Shown here piece by piece: positions 1 through 8,508 of a stretch of 64,000 nt of DNA. The stretch spans positions 16,772-80,771 of the forward strand of contig JAJPKF010000006.1 of assembly GCA_021323865.1 (NCBI GenBank). The letters are read 5' to 3'. Each line of letters begins with the position of its first letter. Position 1 is the first letter of the stretch. Below the pieces are notes generated by a model. The model did not search any database, was not told the origin of the DNA, and saw nothing but the letters and a program-made list of their open reading frames with translations. The translations under genes were made by a program, and so were the position numbers. Source of the DNA: Pseudomonadota bacterium. GTDB taxonomy: Bacteria; Chloroflexota; UBA5177; JAJPKF01.

Positions 1-519
1 TATATCGGTGCCACCGGCGACCGAATGATGGAGCTGACCGGAGAGATTGCCGACGGTGTGGTCCTCAATTATCTGGTCTCGCCGGCCTACAACACCAAGG
101 CGCTGGAGCTGCTCAGGGCAGGCGCAAAGCGGTCCGGTCGCAGTCTGGACGACATCGACCGTCCTCAGCTGGTGGTGTGCTCTTTAGATAAGGACCGCGA
201 TCGGGCGCTCGACAACGCCCGGGAATTGGTCACACAGTACCTGGGCCAGCAGCCCCACATCATGAAGGCCAGCGGCGTCTCGGAGGACCTCCTGGAGCGC
301 ATCAACTCCGTGCTGACCTGGCCGGCGACAGAAGAGCAGATTCGCGCGGCCATGAAGCTGGTGCCCGACGAGGTGGTCCAGCTCATCACCGCTTCGGGGA
401 CACCGGAGGAGTGCCGGTCAAAGGTGCAGGAATACGTCGACAACGGCTGCACCTGTCCGATCCTGTATCCGCTCGGCGACGACGTTCGTGCCATGATCGA
501 CGCTTTCAGCTCGGCCTGA
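1..519 (+). CDS. LLM-class (likely F420-dependent) oxidoreductase, C-terminal part
   Basis: Frame open from base 1 ([23 protein letters not shown]...GTPEEC), typical LLM/Mer C-terminal half; stop overlaps the ATG of the F420 reductase. Confidence 0.8.
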   Translation, partial: YIGATGDRMMELTGEIADGVVLNYLVSPAYNTKALELLRAGAKRSGRSLDDIDRPQLVVCSLDKDRDRALDNARELVTQYLGQQPHIMKASGVSEDLLERINSVLTWPATEEQIRAAMKLVPDEVVQLITASGTPEECRSKVQEYVDNGCTCPILYPLGDDVRAMIDAFSSA

Positions 520-1178
520 TGATCGGCATCGTCGGAGGAACGGGACCTGAGGGACGAGGCCTGGCAACGAGATGGGCGATGGCCGGCGAAGCGGTGGCGA
601 TCGGATCTCGAGACCTGGGGCGGGCTGAGCAGGCGGCGAGGGACCTCCAGAGTAAGGTGCCCGGCGCTTCAGTCCACGGTGGCATCAATGCTGAGATCGT
701 AGCCGCCTCCGACGTGGTCGTGGTGGCCGTGCCCTACTCGGCCGTGCAGCCCACGCTGCAACCCCTGGGTGAGGCGATGGCCGGGAAGATCGCGGTTTCG
801 GTGGTCGCCGCAGTGGAGTTTGTCGACGGGCGCCCTCGGCTGGTATCAGTCGCCGCCGGTTCGGTCGGCCAGGAGGTGGCGGCCATTCTGCCGGGAAGCA
901 GGGTCGTGAGCGCATTTCATACCCTGAGCGCGGAGAAGCTCGCTGACTGCGATGCCTCGCTCCATGAGGACACCATCGTGTGCAGTGACGACCGAGAGGC
1001 CCGCGGCCGCGTGATCGATCTGGCTGAACAGATACAGGGGCTCCGAGCACTCAGCGGCGGGCGACTGGCGAACTCCTACTACCTCGAGCAGTTCGTGGGC
1101 ATGCTGGCGCTCATGAACCGTATTCACAAGGCACACACGGGCCTGCGCATCGCGGACGTGGAGCCGCGGCCCGCCTAG
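519..1178 (+). CDS. npdG: NADPH-dependent F420 reductase
   Basis: [24 protein letters not shown] and VVSAFHTLSA motifs; ATG at 519 overlaps the upstream TGA. Confidence 0.88.
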   Translation: MIGIVGGTGPEGRGLATRWAMAGEAVAIGSRDLGRAEQAARDLQSKVPGASVHGGINAEIVAASDVVVVAVPYSAVQPTLQPLGEAMAGKIAVSVVAAVEFVDGRPRLVSVAAGSVGQEVAAILPGSRVVSAFHTLSAEKLADCDASLHEDTIVCSDDREARGRVIDLAEQIQGLRALSGGRLANSYYLEQFVGMLALMNRIHKAHTGLRIADVEPRPA

Positions 1179-1252
1179 GATCTTCCGACTATCAGCAGCC
1201 AGATGGCGCCGGCGGCCAGAATGCCGGCGACCAGCGCGGCCACAGGAAGGAC

Positions 1253-2548
1253 ATGGAGCAGACTGAACATTACACCACTCGCCCTGAGGGTACACGGCCG
1301 GTCTGGGTCGATCCCGAGGAGCGGACCCACCCAACGCTATCCGAGGACCTGGAGGTCGAGGTCGCAGTGGTCGGGGCAGGGATCACCGGCATCGGCACCG
1401 CTTATCGACTGAAGCGAGCCGGCGTTGACGACCTCGCCGTTCTCGAGCGCCGCAGCGTTTGTTCGGGCGCGTCAGGGCGCAATGCAGGGTTTGTCATGGC
1501 GGTTGCTCCAGAGAACTTTCCGCCCACCGACGACGCACTGGAGAGGGTGGCGGCGACACGCATCTGGAAGTTCACGGCTGAAAACCAGAGACTTCTGGAA
1601 GAGACCATCGCCGATCTCCGGCTCGACGTCGGGTACCGGAAACTGGGCTCACTCGGTCTGGCCGCCCGGGCCGAGGAGTGGACCTGGATACTCGCTTCGA
1701 CGGAAGTGGCACGGGAAGCGGGCCTTGGGGTTGAGATCGTCGATCGCCAGGATCTGCCGGGCGAGTACCTCCGACAGACCTACCACGGCGGCGCCTGGTA
1801 TCCCAAGAACGCCGAGATACATCCAGGGCTCCTCGTGCGAGGCGTCGCCGATCAGTTGAGCCGTGACGGCGTCCCGATCTTTGAACGCTCGCCGGTCACA
1901 TCTATGGAAACAGACGGAGGCCGATTTCTGCTGCGATGTAACGGCAGGGTCGTGCGTGCGCAGTCGGTCATCCTGGCCACGAACGCGTATACGGCCGAGC
2001 TTGCCCCTGGGATTGGCCGCAGTATCACGCCAACACGTGGCCAGGTGTTATGCACGGCCGCGCTCGCACGGCAGGTTGCGCCATGTCCGGTCTATGCGAA
2101 CGACGGATTTCAATATTGGCGTCAGCTCTCGGATGGGCGCCTGCTGGTGGGCGGCTGGCGTGATCTCGATTTCGAGGGGGAGCGGGGCGTTGATGAGCGG
2201 CTGCATGCCGACATTCAAGCTAGGCTCACGAGCGTCGCCGAAGCTCTCGCCGGAGACCCGGTGGAGATCGAATACCGCTGGAGCGGGATCATGGGGTTCA
2301 CTCCGGACCGGCGGCCCCTAGTGGGGCTCGTGAGCCGGGATCCTGACCTCCTGATCTGCGCTGGATTCAGCGGTCATGGGCTGGCAATGGGCTGGATGGC
2401 GGCGTCTCAGGCAGTCGAGATCCTCTTGGGCAATGGCTCGCCTTATCAGGACCTCTTTGACCCGCTCCGCTTCGCCACGCACGGATCGCGGCCCGCGGAT
2501 CCAGCTGGTGTACCGTCAGGCGCTCGTGTGGCCGGCCCACCTTCCTAA
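1253..2548 (+). CDS. FAD-dependent oxidoreductase, DAO/PuuB-like
   Basis: VVGAGITG, GASGRNAG, ATNAY, WSGIMGFTPD and GFSGHG motifs. Confidence 0.85.
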   Translation: MEQTEHYTTRPEGTRPVWVDPEERTHPTLSEDLEVEVAVVGAGITGIGTAYRLKRAGVDDLAVLERRSVCSGASGRNAGFVMAVAPENFPPTDDALERVAATRIWKFTAENQRLLEETIADLRLDVGYRKLGSLGLAARAEEWTWILASTEVAREAGLGVEIVDRQDLPGEYLRQTYHGGAWYPKNAEIHPGLLVRGVADQLSRDGVPIFERSPVTSMETDGGRFLLRCNGRVVRAQSVILATNAYTAELAPGIGRSITPTRGQVLCTAALARQVAPCPVYANDGFQYWRQLSDGRLLVGGWRDLDFEGERGVDERLHADIQARLTSVAEALAGDPVEIEYRWSGIMGFTPDRRPLVGLVSRDPDLLICAGFSGHGLAMGWMAASQAVEILLGNGSPYQDLFDPLRFATHGSRPADPAGVPSGARVAGPPS

Positions 2549-2551
2549 GCG

Positions 2552-3370
2552 GTGGAACTCTGGCGCGAACTCCCGTTTGGCGTTGGCCGAGCCGAACATC
2601 ATCTTCGGCTGACCGAGTCACTCTTCGCGGACGTCGCGAGAGCCGGAGCCGACCTATGGTGGCACCGATGCTCGGATCGGGTGATCCTCGTCGGTCCCGG
2701 AGTAGCCAAGCAGCTGGAGCGCCATGGTGCGCAGCCGGCTCTGCCGGTTCTGACCAGACACAGCGGTGGAGGGGCGGTGTTGACCGGACCGGGGCTGCTC
2801 TGTCTCGACGTTGCCTTGCCGCCCTCATCGCGGCTGGTCAGCCGGGACGTTGTGGAAGATTACCGGTGGCTGGGAGAAGTTTGGGCCGGGACGCTTCAGG
2901 CATTGGGCGTTGACGCGCAGGTCCTCTGCCCTTCCGATGCTCGGGCATTGACCAGAACGAGCGAGCTGCCCGAGCGACTGGCGGCACTGGCCTGCTTCGG
3001 CGCCTTCTCCCCCTACGAGGTAGCGGTGCAGGGTCGAAAGATCGTGGGATTGTCCCAGGTACGCCGCTCGCACGGCGTACTTCTGGCTTCTGCGGTGCAT
3101 CTCGATGAGGAGCCGCACGCGCTGGTGGCGGCACTTGGGCTGCCAAAAAGTGATGAGATGCGGCTCGCCAATCACCTGGAGGCCACCGCCATCTCACTTC
3201 AGGAGGCGGCTCCAGCTGCTGGGACGGTGGACGCCGTCCAGGCCGCCCTCCGGCGAACCCTGCGGTCCTCTCTCGGCGTTGATCTCAGGCCGAGGCCGTG
3301 GCCGGAGGAAACTCCGGCTCAGCCGGAAGCGTTGCGGGCCGCCGTCTCCACCCGGCGAGAGGCCATATAG
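2552..3370 (+). CDS. Lipoate-protein ligase family (BPL/LplA catalytic domain)
   Basis: RHSGGGAV, CF..FSPYEV and GRKIVGLSQ motifs. Confidence 0.8.
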   Translation: MELWRELPFGVGRAEHHLRLTESLFADVARAGADLWWHRCSDRVILVGPGVAKQLERHGAQPALPVLTRHSGGGAVLTGPGLLCLDVALPPSSRLVSRDVVEDYRWLGEVWAGTLQALGVDAQVLCPSDARALTRTSELPERLAALACFGAFSPYEVAVQGRKIVGLSQVRRSHGVLLASAVHLDEEPHALVAALGLPKSDEMRLANHLEATAISLQEAAPAAGTVDAVQAALRRTLRSSLGVDLRPRPWPEETPAQPEALRAAVSTRREAI

Positions 3371-3741
3371 TCGTCGACTGCCGCTTTAGTGGTAGATAAC
3401 GCCAGCGTGGCACAGCGAGTCCGGCTCGCCACGACATCGCGGCCCATCTCCTCGACGACGTTCTCGTAGGACATGGCCTTCACATCCTCGAGTGACTTGC
3501 CGGCCAGGGTCTCGGTGAGCATGGAGGCCCCCGCCTGGCTGATGGTGCAGCCCTCGCCCTGGAAGGCAGCGTCGAGGATCACACCTTCCGGGTCGAGCTT
3601 GAGGTACATGACGATCAGATCGCCACATCCAGGGTTTCCACCGCTGGCCTCGACGTCCGCATCCTCGATCTTGCGCCGATTTCGCGGGTTATCGTGATGA
3701 TCGAGGATGATCTCGATATAGTCCTGTCGCGAGAGCTCCAC
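3319..3741 (-). CDS. sufU: SufU/IscU-type Fe-S scaffold or sulfur-transfer protein
   Basis: ILDHHDNPRN, NPGCGD, GCTISQA and RTRCATL (three Cys plus Asp). Confidence 0.88.
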   Translation of the reverse strand: MELSRQDYIEIILDHHDNPRNRRKIEDADVEASGGNPGCGDLIVMYLKLDPEGVILDAAFQGEGCTISQAGASMLTETLAGKSLEDVKAMSYENVVEEMGRDVVASRTRCATLALSTTKAAVDDYMASRRVETAARNASG

Positions 3742-3742
3742 G

Positions 3743-4624
3743 CTACTTCTCGATCGGTGCTCCCACGAGATTGCCCCACTCGGTCCATGAACCGTCGTAG
3801 TTCTTGACGTTGGGGTAGCCGAGCAGGTACTTGAGCACGAACCAGGTGTGGGAGGACCGCTCGCCGATCCGACAGTAGGAGATGACCGGCTGCTCGGGCT
3901 CGATCTGGTTCCGCTCTCGGTAAATCTGCTCCAGCTCCGAGCGGTTCTTGAACGTGCCGTCCTCGGCGTTCGCGGCCGTTCCCCACGGAATGCTCTTGGC
4001 AGTCGGTATATGACCGCCCCGCTGGGCCCCCTCTTGTGGATAGTCGACCATGTGGAGAAGCTCGCCCGAGTACTCCCCAGGGGAACGGACGTCGATCAGT
4101 GGCTGATGCTCTTCCAACTGCCGCTCCACGTCACGTCGGAAAGCCCGGATCGCGAGGTCGGGCCCTGAAGCCGTATAGGTCGTGGGCGCATGCTGCGGCA
4201 CCTCCCGCGACCATTGGCGCCCCTCCTTCTCCCACTTGGTGCGTCCGCCGTCCATCACCCGAACGTCGCGGTGGCCGAACATCTTGAAGAGCCAGAACGT
4301 GTAGGTGGCATACCAGTTGTTCTTGTCACCGTAGAGCACAACGGTGGTCTCGTTGGCGATCCCGTGCTGGGACATCAGGCGCTCAAACCCTTCCTTGTCC
4401 AGGAAGTCCCGCCGGATGGGGTCCTGCAGATCGGTGTGCCAGTCGAGCTTGATTGCGCCTGGGATATGACCCACGTCATAGAGCAGCACATCTTCGTCTG
4501 CCTCGACCAGCCGCACGTTGGCATTGTCGAGGTTCTCACTGACCCACTCGGTCGAGACGAGAACCTCAGGGTGCTCATACTCGCCGAACTTGGGGTCGGC
4601 GGCGGGGGCCGTGGCTTCGACCAT
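3743..4624 (-). CDS. Tandem-domain rhodanese/thiosulfate sulfurtransferase (CysA/SseA type)
   Basis: [24 protein letters not shown] active-site loop and NYDGSWTEW. Confidence 0.93.
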   Translation of the reverse strand: MVEATAPAADPKFGEYEHPEVLVSTEWVSENLDNANVRLVEADEDVLLYDVGHIPGAIKLDWHTDLQDPIRRDFLDKEGFERLMSQHGIANETTVVLYGDKNNWYATYTFWLFKMFGHRDVRVMDGGRTKWEKEGRQWSREVPQHAPTTYTASGPDLAIRAFRRDVERQLEEHQPLIDVRSPGEYSGELLHMVDYPQEGAQRGGHIPTAKSIPWGTAANAEDGTFKNRSELEQIYRERNQIEPEQPVISYCRIGERSSHTWFVLKYLLGYPNVKNYDGSWTEWGNLVGAPIEK

Positions 4625-4683
4625 GGAAGATCCTCCTGACCGTTTGAGCGTCTCTGGAGCGGGCCTCAGAGCCTATTGATGGT

Positions 4684-4713
4684 AAAGGAAAGGGGCCGCA
4701 ATTACGCGGCCCC
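4684..4713 (-). terminator. Intrinsic terminator
   Basis: Minus strand GGGGCCGC-GTAATT-GCGGCCCC followed by TTTCCTTT. Confidence 0.7.
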
Positions 4714-4836
4714 GCGCATTGTTACTTGCGCTAGATGTTTGGGCTGGATACCCAGCTCCTCGTGAATGTTTGGAGCTATTTTTTGTGGCGGCAAGCAAAC
4801 CTGCCGTCACGGGCCTGCCCCGGCATCGCCGGGGCC

Positions 4837-4881
4837 TTATCTTCCAGCCCGGTATTCTCCTAAGACGACGAAAGCTTCCAT
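4837..4881 (-). CDS. 14-aa small ORF MEAFVVLGEYRAGR
   Basis: AAAGGAGG RBS 7 nt upstream of ATG; TAA stop. Confidence 0.45.
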   Translation of the reverse strand: MEAFVVLGEYRAGR

Positions 4882-5080
4882 CTCAAAGCCTCCTTTCAAA
4901 GGGTGGCTTCACCTGATTATACCCACGCACGGCGCGTGAATTGCCACGTGGCGGATGGTGGGCCAGGTCACGCAATCGTGGGCGGCCAAAGCCAACTCCA
5001 GGCTGCTCGAGCGCCGGCTCCAGATGGTTCAAACCGCGGCCCAAACGGCCGTCAAACCTTCCAAGTGAGACAATCTTCGT

Positions 5081-6862
5081 ATGTGCACGTCAGCTGAAGA
5101 CCAGGTCGTCGATGTTGCGACCCGCATTGATTGGGAGCGACCGCTGGCGCGCAAGGAGCTGCTCAAGTACGCGGGCATGCTCGGTGTGGGTTCCGTGGGG
5201 GCCTCGATGCTGTCGGCCTGCGCGCCGCTCGCGCAACTGGCCGGCGCTCCACAGGGCGCGCCGCCGCCGCCGCCACTTGCCAAATACATCGTCATCTTTG
5301 TCGTCGATGCCTGCCGCGCCGACTACCTGACCTATACCCACCTGCCCAACATCTCGGCTCTCATGGCGCGAGGCACCACCTACGAGCATGCCTGGGTGGG
5401 CATGCTCGAGAGCATCACTCCGGCTTGTCACGCAACCATCGGCACGGGCATGTTCCCGCGCAACGATGGGGGCATCGTGGGGTTCTGGTGGGAGAATCCA
5501 TCCACTCACCAAGAACTGTACGGGGCAGGCAACATCTTCGTCGATCCTCCTGGCGCCGCAGCCGCCGCCGGCGAGATCGCCAAGGTCATTCGCCGATCAG
5601 GGGCTCCAACCCTGGCCGGCCTACTGAAGGATGTCGATCCAACCGCGAAGGTCTACGCCGGGAGCGGGCAGAAGTTCTATGCGGCGGCCGCCGCCGGCGG
5701 CCCCGACGCCGACTACCTGACCTATTTCTGGAACCATGGCTCTGTTGCCGGCAAGAACGATCCCTCCTACGGACCCGTGTGCATTCCCGGGTACGAAATC
5801 CCTGCCGATATCCTTCGCGACCCACGCTTCCAGCAGCCCGACTGGAAGTTTCAGGTCTTCAGCAAGCCGGGGGTTCAGGACGGCATGGTCGTGGAGCTGG
5901 CCTCGGCGGTCATCAAGCGAGAACGGCCTCGAGTGGTCATTCTCAACCTGCCCGAGATGGATTATCCCGTCGCTCATCTCGACGGCGGGCCAGCCTCGCC
6001 GGCCAAGGTCAAGGTCATCATGGAGAATGCCGACCGGCGGCTTGGCGAGCTGGTGGCGCTCTATCGAGAGCTGGGCATCCTCGACCAGACCGTGTTCGCG
6101 TTTCTCGGGGATCACGGCGTGGTTCCCATGCAGCAGATGGTTGACCGGGAGCCAATTGCCGTGGCGGTTGCCAATGCCGGGACCAGCATCGTGTCATGGG
6201 AGTACGACACCGGTGAATTCGTCTGGCTCGAGGACTCGACCAAGGCGCTCAAGACGGCGACCTTCATCGACGACTCCAAGATGCCGGGCGTCGCCGCGGT
6301 GTACTTCCTGGGTTCAACCGGCAGTGGGCCGACCTACCTCCCCAGCCCGGCGACTGCATCGAGCCTCCATCCAACCATGGATCTCGTCTATCGCTATCTC
6401 CTAAGCACCATGGCCGGTCCGGCAGGGCCGCATGTCGTGGTTCTCTATCCGGAGCGCACGGGGACCCAGGGGGCGGGGGGTGCCCAGAATTGGATCGGGG
6501 ATCACGGGGGCGCGTCCTGGGGTGTGCAGGCGGTGCCGATGATCCTGGCAGGGCCAGGGATCCGGAATGGCTACCGGTCCTCGTTCCCGGCGAGGCTCGT
6601 CGACCTGACGCCGACACTCGTGCGGTTGCTGGGTCTCGGATATCCCAATCTTGACGGGGTGGTGCTGGCGGACGCTTTCAGGTCGAGCCAGCCTGCCGAG
6701 CGCACCGCTCAGAACCTGCTGGGGCGTCAGCTCGTACCGCTCACCACCGCGCTGCGGCGACAGTCGGCTTTGGAAGCGCGAGAGCTGGAACGACGGAAGC
6801 CATTCAAACAGTCGCAGAGCCACTCGAAGAACAAGCACATCTCAGGCATTCCGAACTACTGA
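5081..6862 (+). CDS. Alkaline phosphatase superfamily (NPP/phosphodiesterase-like) exported lipoprotein
   Basis: IFVVDACRADY, SITPACHATIGTG, D...H, GDHG twice, DLTPTL; signal peptide with LSAC lipobox. Confidence 0.82.
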   Translation: MCTSAEDQVVDVATRIDWERPLARKELLKYAGMLGVGSVGASMLSACAPLAQLAGAPQGAPPPPPLAKYIVIFVVDACRADYLTYTHLPNISALMARGTTYEHAWVGMLESITPACHATIGTGMFPRNDGGIVGFWWENPSTHQELYGAGNIFVDPPGAAAAAGEIAKVIRRSGAPTLAGLLKDVDPTAKVYAGSGQKFYAAAAAGGPDADYLTYFWNHGSVAGKNDPSYGPVCIPGYEIPADILRDPRFQQPDWKFQVFSKPGVQDGMVVELASAVIKRERPRVVILNLPEMDYPVAHLDGGPASPAKVKVIMENADRRLGELVALYRELGILDQTVFAFLGDHGVVPMQQMVDREPIAVAVANAGTSIVSWEYDTGEFVWLEDSTKALKTATFIDDSKMPGVAAVYFLGSTGSGPTYLPSPATASSLHPTMDLVYRYLLSTMAGPAGPHVVVLYPERTGTQGAGGAQNWIGDHGGASWGVQAVPMILAGPGIRNGYRSSFPARLVDLTPTLVRLLGLGYPNLDGVVLADAFRSSQPAERTAQNLLGRQLVPLTTALRRQSALEARELERRKPFKQSQSHSKNKHISGIPNY

Positions 6863-6920
6863 GCAGACAGCAGATGGTGTTGGTGGGTGGGCGGCCGGCC
6901 GGTCATTCTTCCCGTACCGC

Positions 6921-7499
6921 TCAGGCTGCTTCGAGCAGATCTTCGAACTCGACCTCAGGAACAGGGGAGTTCTCCATCATCGGCTGGACCCCAGAAACTC
7001 CGGCTGCCTTTCTGAGCGCCCGGTGTTGAAGCACCTTGGCGTTGGACACGGTGATGTCGAGCGCTTGGGCGGTCTCTTGAAGAGAGGCTCCCTGCAGAAA
7101 CCGCAGCTCCAGCACCTGGCGGTAACGCCCCGGGAGGCTCGACAGAATGTGATGGCTTCGCTCCTCGGCCGATTGGTTCTCGGGCGGCCGGCCCTCAACG
7201 GCCGGGATCGTCGCCACCAGGACTTCGGATAGCGAAACCGCGGGCGAGGCGCGGTAGGTCCGCCGCCAGTGGTCCCCCATCACGTTCCGAGCGATCTGAA
7301 AGAGCCAGCTCCGGGCCTCGGCTTCCGACCGTTCCGGGTCGTACCAGCGCAGGGCCTGCAAGAAGGTCTGTGAGGTCATATCCTCGGCATCCGCCGGCTG
7401 AGCGACACGCGCGTGAATGAAGCGATAGATGGGCCCATGCATGCGTTCGTAGAGGTCTTCGATCCGCAACCGGGCGCTCTGGCAATTGGCAGTCATCAA
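6921..7499 (-). CDS. ECF RNA polymerase sigma factor
   Basis: DAEDMTSQTF, SWLFQIARN, region 4 LELRF..ETAQAL..NAKVLQHRA. Confidence 0.9.
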   Translation of the reverse strand: MMTANCQSARLRIEDLYERMHGPIYRFIHARVAQPADAEDMTSQTFLQALRWYDPERSEAEARSWLFQIARNVMGDHWRRTYRASPAVSLSEVLVATIPAVEGRPPENQSAEERSHHILSSLPGRYRQVLELRFLQGASLQETAQALDITVSNAKVLQHRALRKAAGVSGVQPMMENSPVPEVEFEDLLEAA

Positions 7500-7592
7500 T
7501 CTCTCCCTGGATGGTCTGGCCGCAAAGGACGACCTACAGGGAGAGCGTACCCGGCTAGGCCTGAAATCCGCCTAGGAGAGCGGCCGCTTGAC

Positions 7593-7609
7593 CTGAGAAA
7601 GGCCTGAGA
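7593..7609 (-). promoter_or_regulatory. OmpR-family direct-repeat operator (TCTCAG-N5-TCTCAG)
   Basis: Exact hexamer repeat with 11-bp period ~95 bp upstream of the ECF gene. Confidence 0.5.
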
Positions 7610-7788
7610 ATCCTGGAGTATGGGGGTCAACCAGACGTCGGGGAGAACGATGCCGCCACTGGGACGAGCCGAGTCCCGGCGTGCCCAGATTCGCACATGA
7701 CAAGCGGGGTGCGTCACCTCCTCGTGTCCCACCTCTGTTTGAGACGGACTGCCTAAGTGATCTGACCGGCAGCGCCGAAGGGAACCGG

Positions 7789-8508
7789 CTAGGCGCCTTG
7801 TCCTGCAGCGTCGGAGGCTAGGTAATATCCAACTCCGGGCTCGCTGAGGATGTATCGCGGCGCCGAGGGATCCGGCTCGATCTTGTTGCGCAGGTAGCGC
7901 ACGTAGGTCCACAGGTAATCGGTCTCATCGCGGTACTCGGGGCCCCACACCTTGGTGAGCAGCTCCTGGTGCAGGAGGACTCTGTCGCGATTTGTGGCCA
8001 GCTCAAGGAGCAGCCGGTACTCGGTGGGGGTGAGATGGATCGGGCTCCCGTTCACCTCGACCCGTCGGCGGCCGGGAAATACCGTCAAACCGCCCACACT
8101 GATGGTGGCGCTTTGCGGCACGTGACCCAGTTCGTTGCGGCGAAGCACCGCGCGTACCCGCGCCAGCAGCTCCCGAGGACCGAACGGCTTCGTTACATAG
8201 TCGTCCGCCCCAAGCTCCAAACCCTTGACCTTATCCGGCTCCTCCCCCTTGGCAGTGAGCATGATAACGGGCACACTCGAAAACTCTCGCAGGCGAGAAA
8301 GCGCCTCGAACCCGTCCATCCCCGGCATCATGACGTCCAGAATCACGATGTCCGGGCTCTGCATCTCCGCCCATTCCAGAGCGTCCTGCGGCCGCTGTTC
8401 CGTTTGAACCCGGCAACCGATGCGCTCGAGGTTGAGCCGGATAAGGCGCAGCATGCGCGGGTCGTCGTCGATCACGAGCACGGTCGGCTTGGGACCGGTA
8501 GCGGTCAT
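7789..8508 (-). CDS. OmpR-family response regulator (KdpE-like)
   Basis: VIDDD, ILDVMMP, GADDYVTKPF, LTPTEY..LRNKIEPDPS; ATGA overlap with the kinase stop. Confidence 0.93.
   Translation of the reverse strand: MTATGPKPTVLVIDDDPRMLRLIRLNLERIGCRVQTEQRPQDALEWAEMQSPDIVILDVMMPGMDGFEALSRLREFSSVPVIMLTAKGEEPDKVKGLELGADDYVTKPFGPRELLARVRAVLRRNELGHVPQSATISVGGLTVFPGRRRVEVNGSPIHLTPTEYRLLLELATNRDRVLLHQELLTKVWGPEYRDETDYLWTYVRYLRNKIEPDPSAPRYILSEPGVGYYLASDAAGQGA

Larger units (their letters stand above)
4684..4915 (-). ncRNA. Candidate structured RNA / sORF-containing transcript, family unknown
   Basis: TATAAT at 4916-4921, at least seven complementary stem pairs and a terminator. Confidence 0.45.

Noticed and set aside
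4895-4915. AAGGGTGG on the + strand resembling a T-box
   Set aside because: Lacks the following ACCGCG, specifier stem and an amino-acid-related downstream gene
4684-4915. SAM-I, TPP, c-di-AMP riboswitch, tmRNA or RNase P identity for the structured RNA
   Set aside because: Their conserved sequence blocks were not found by eye; an Rfam search is still needed
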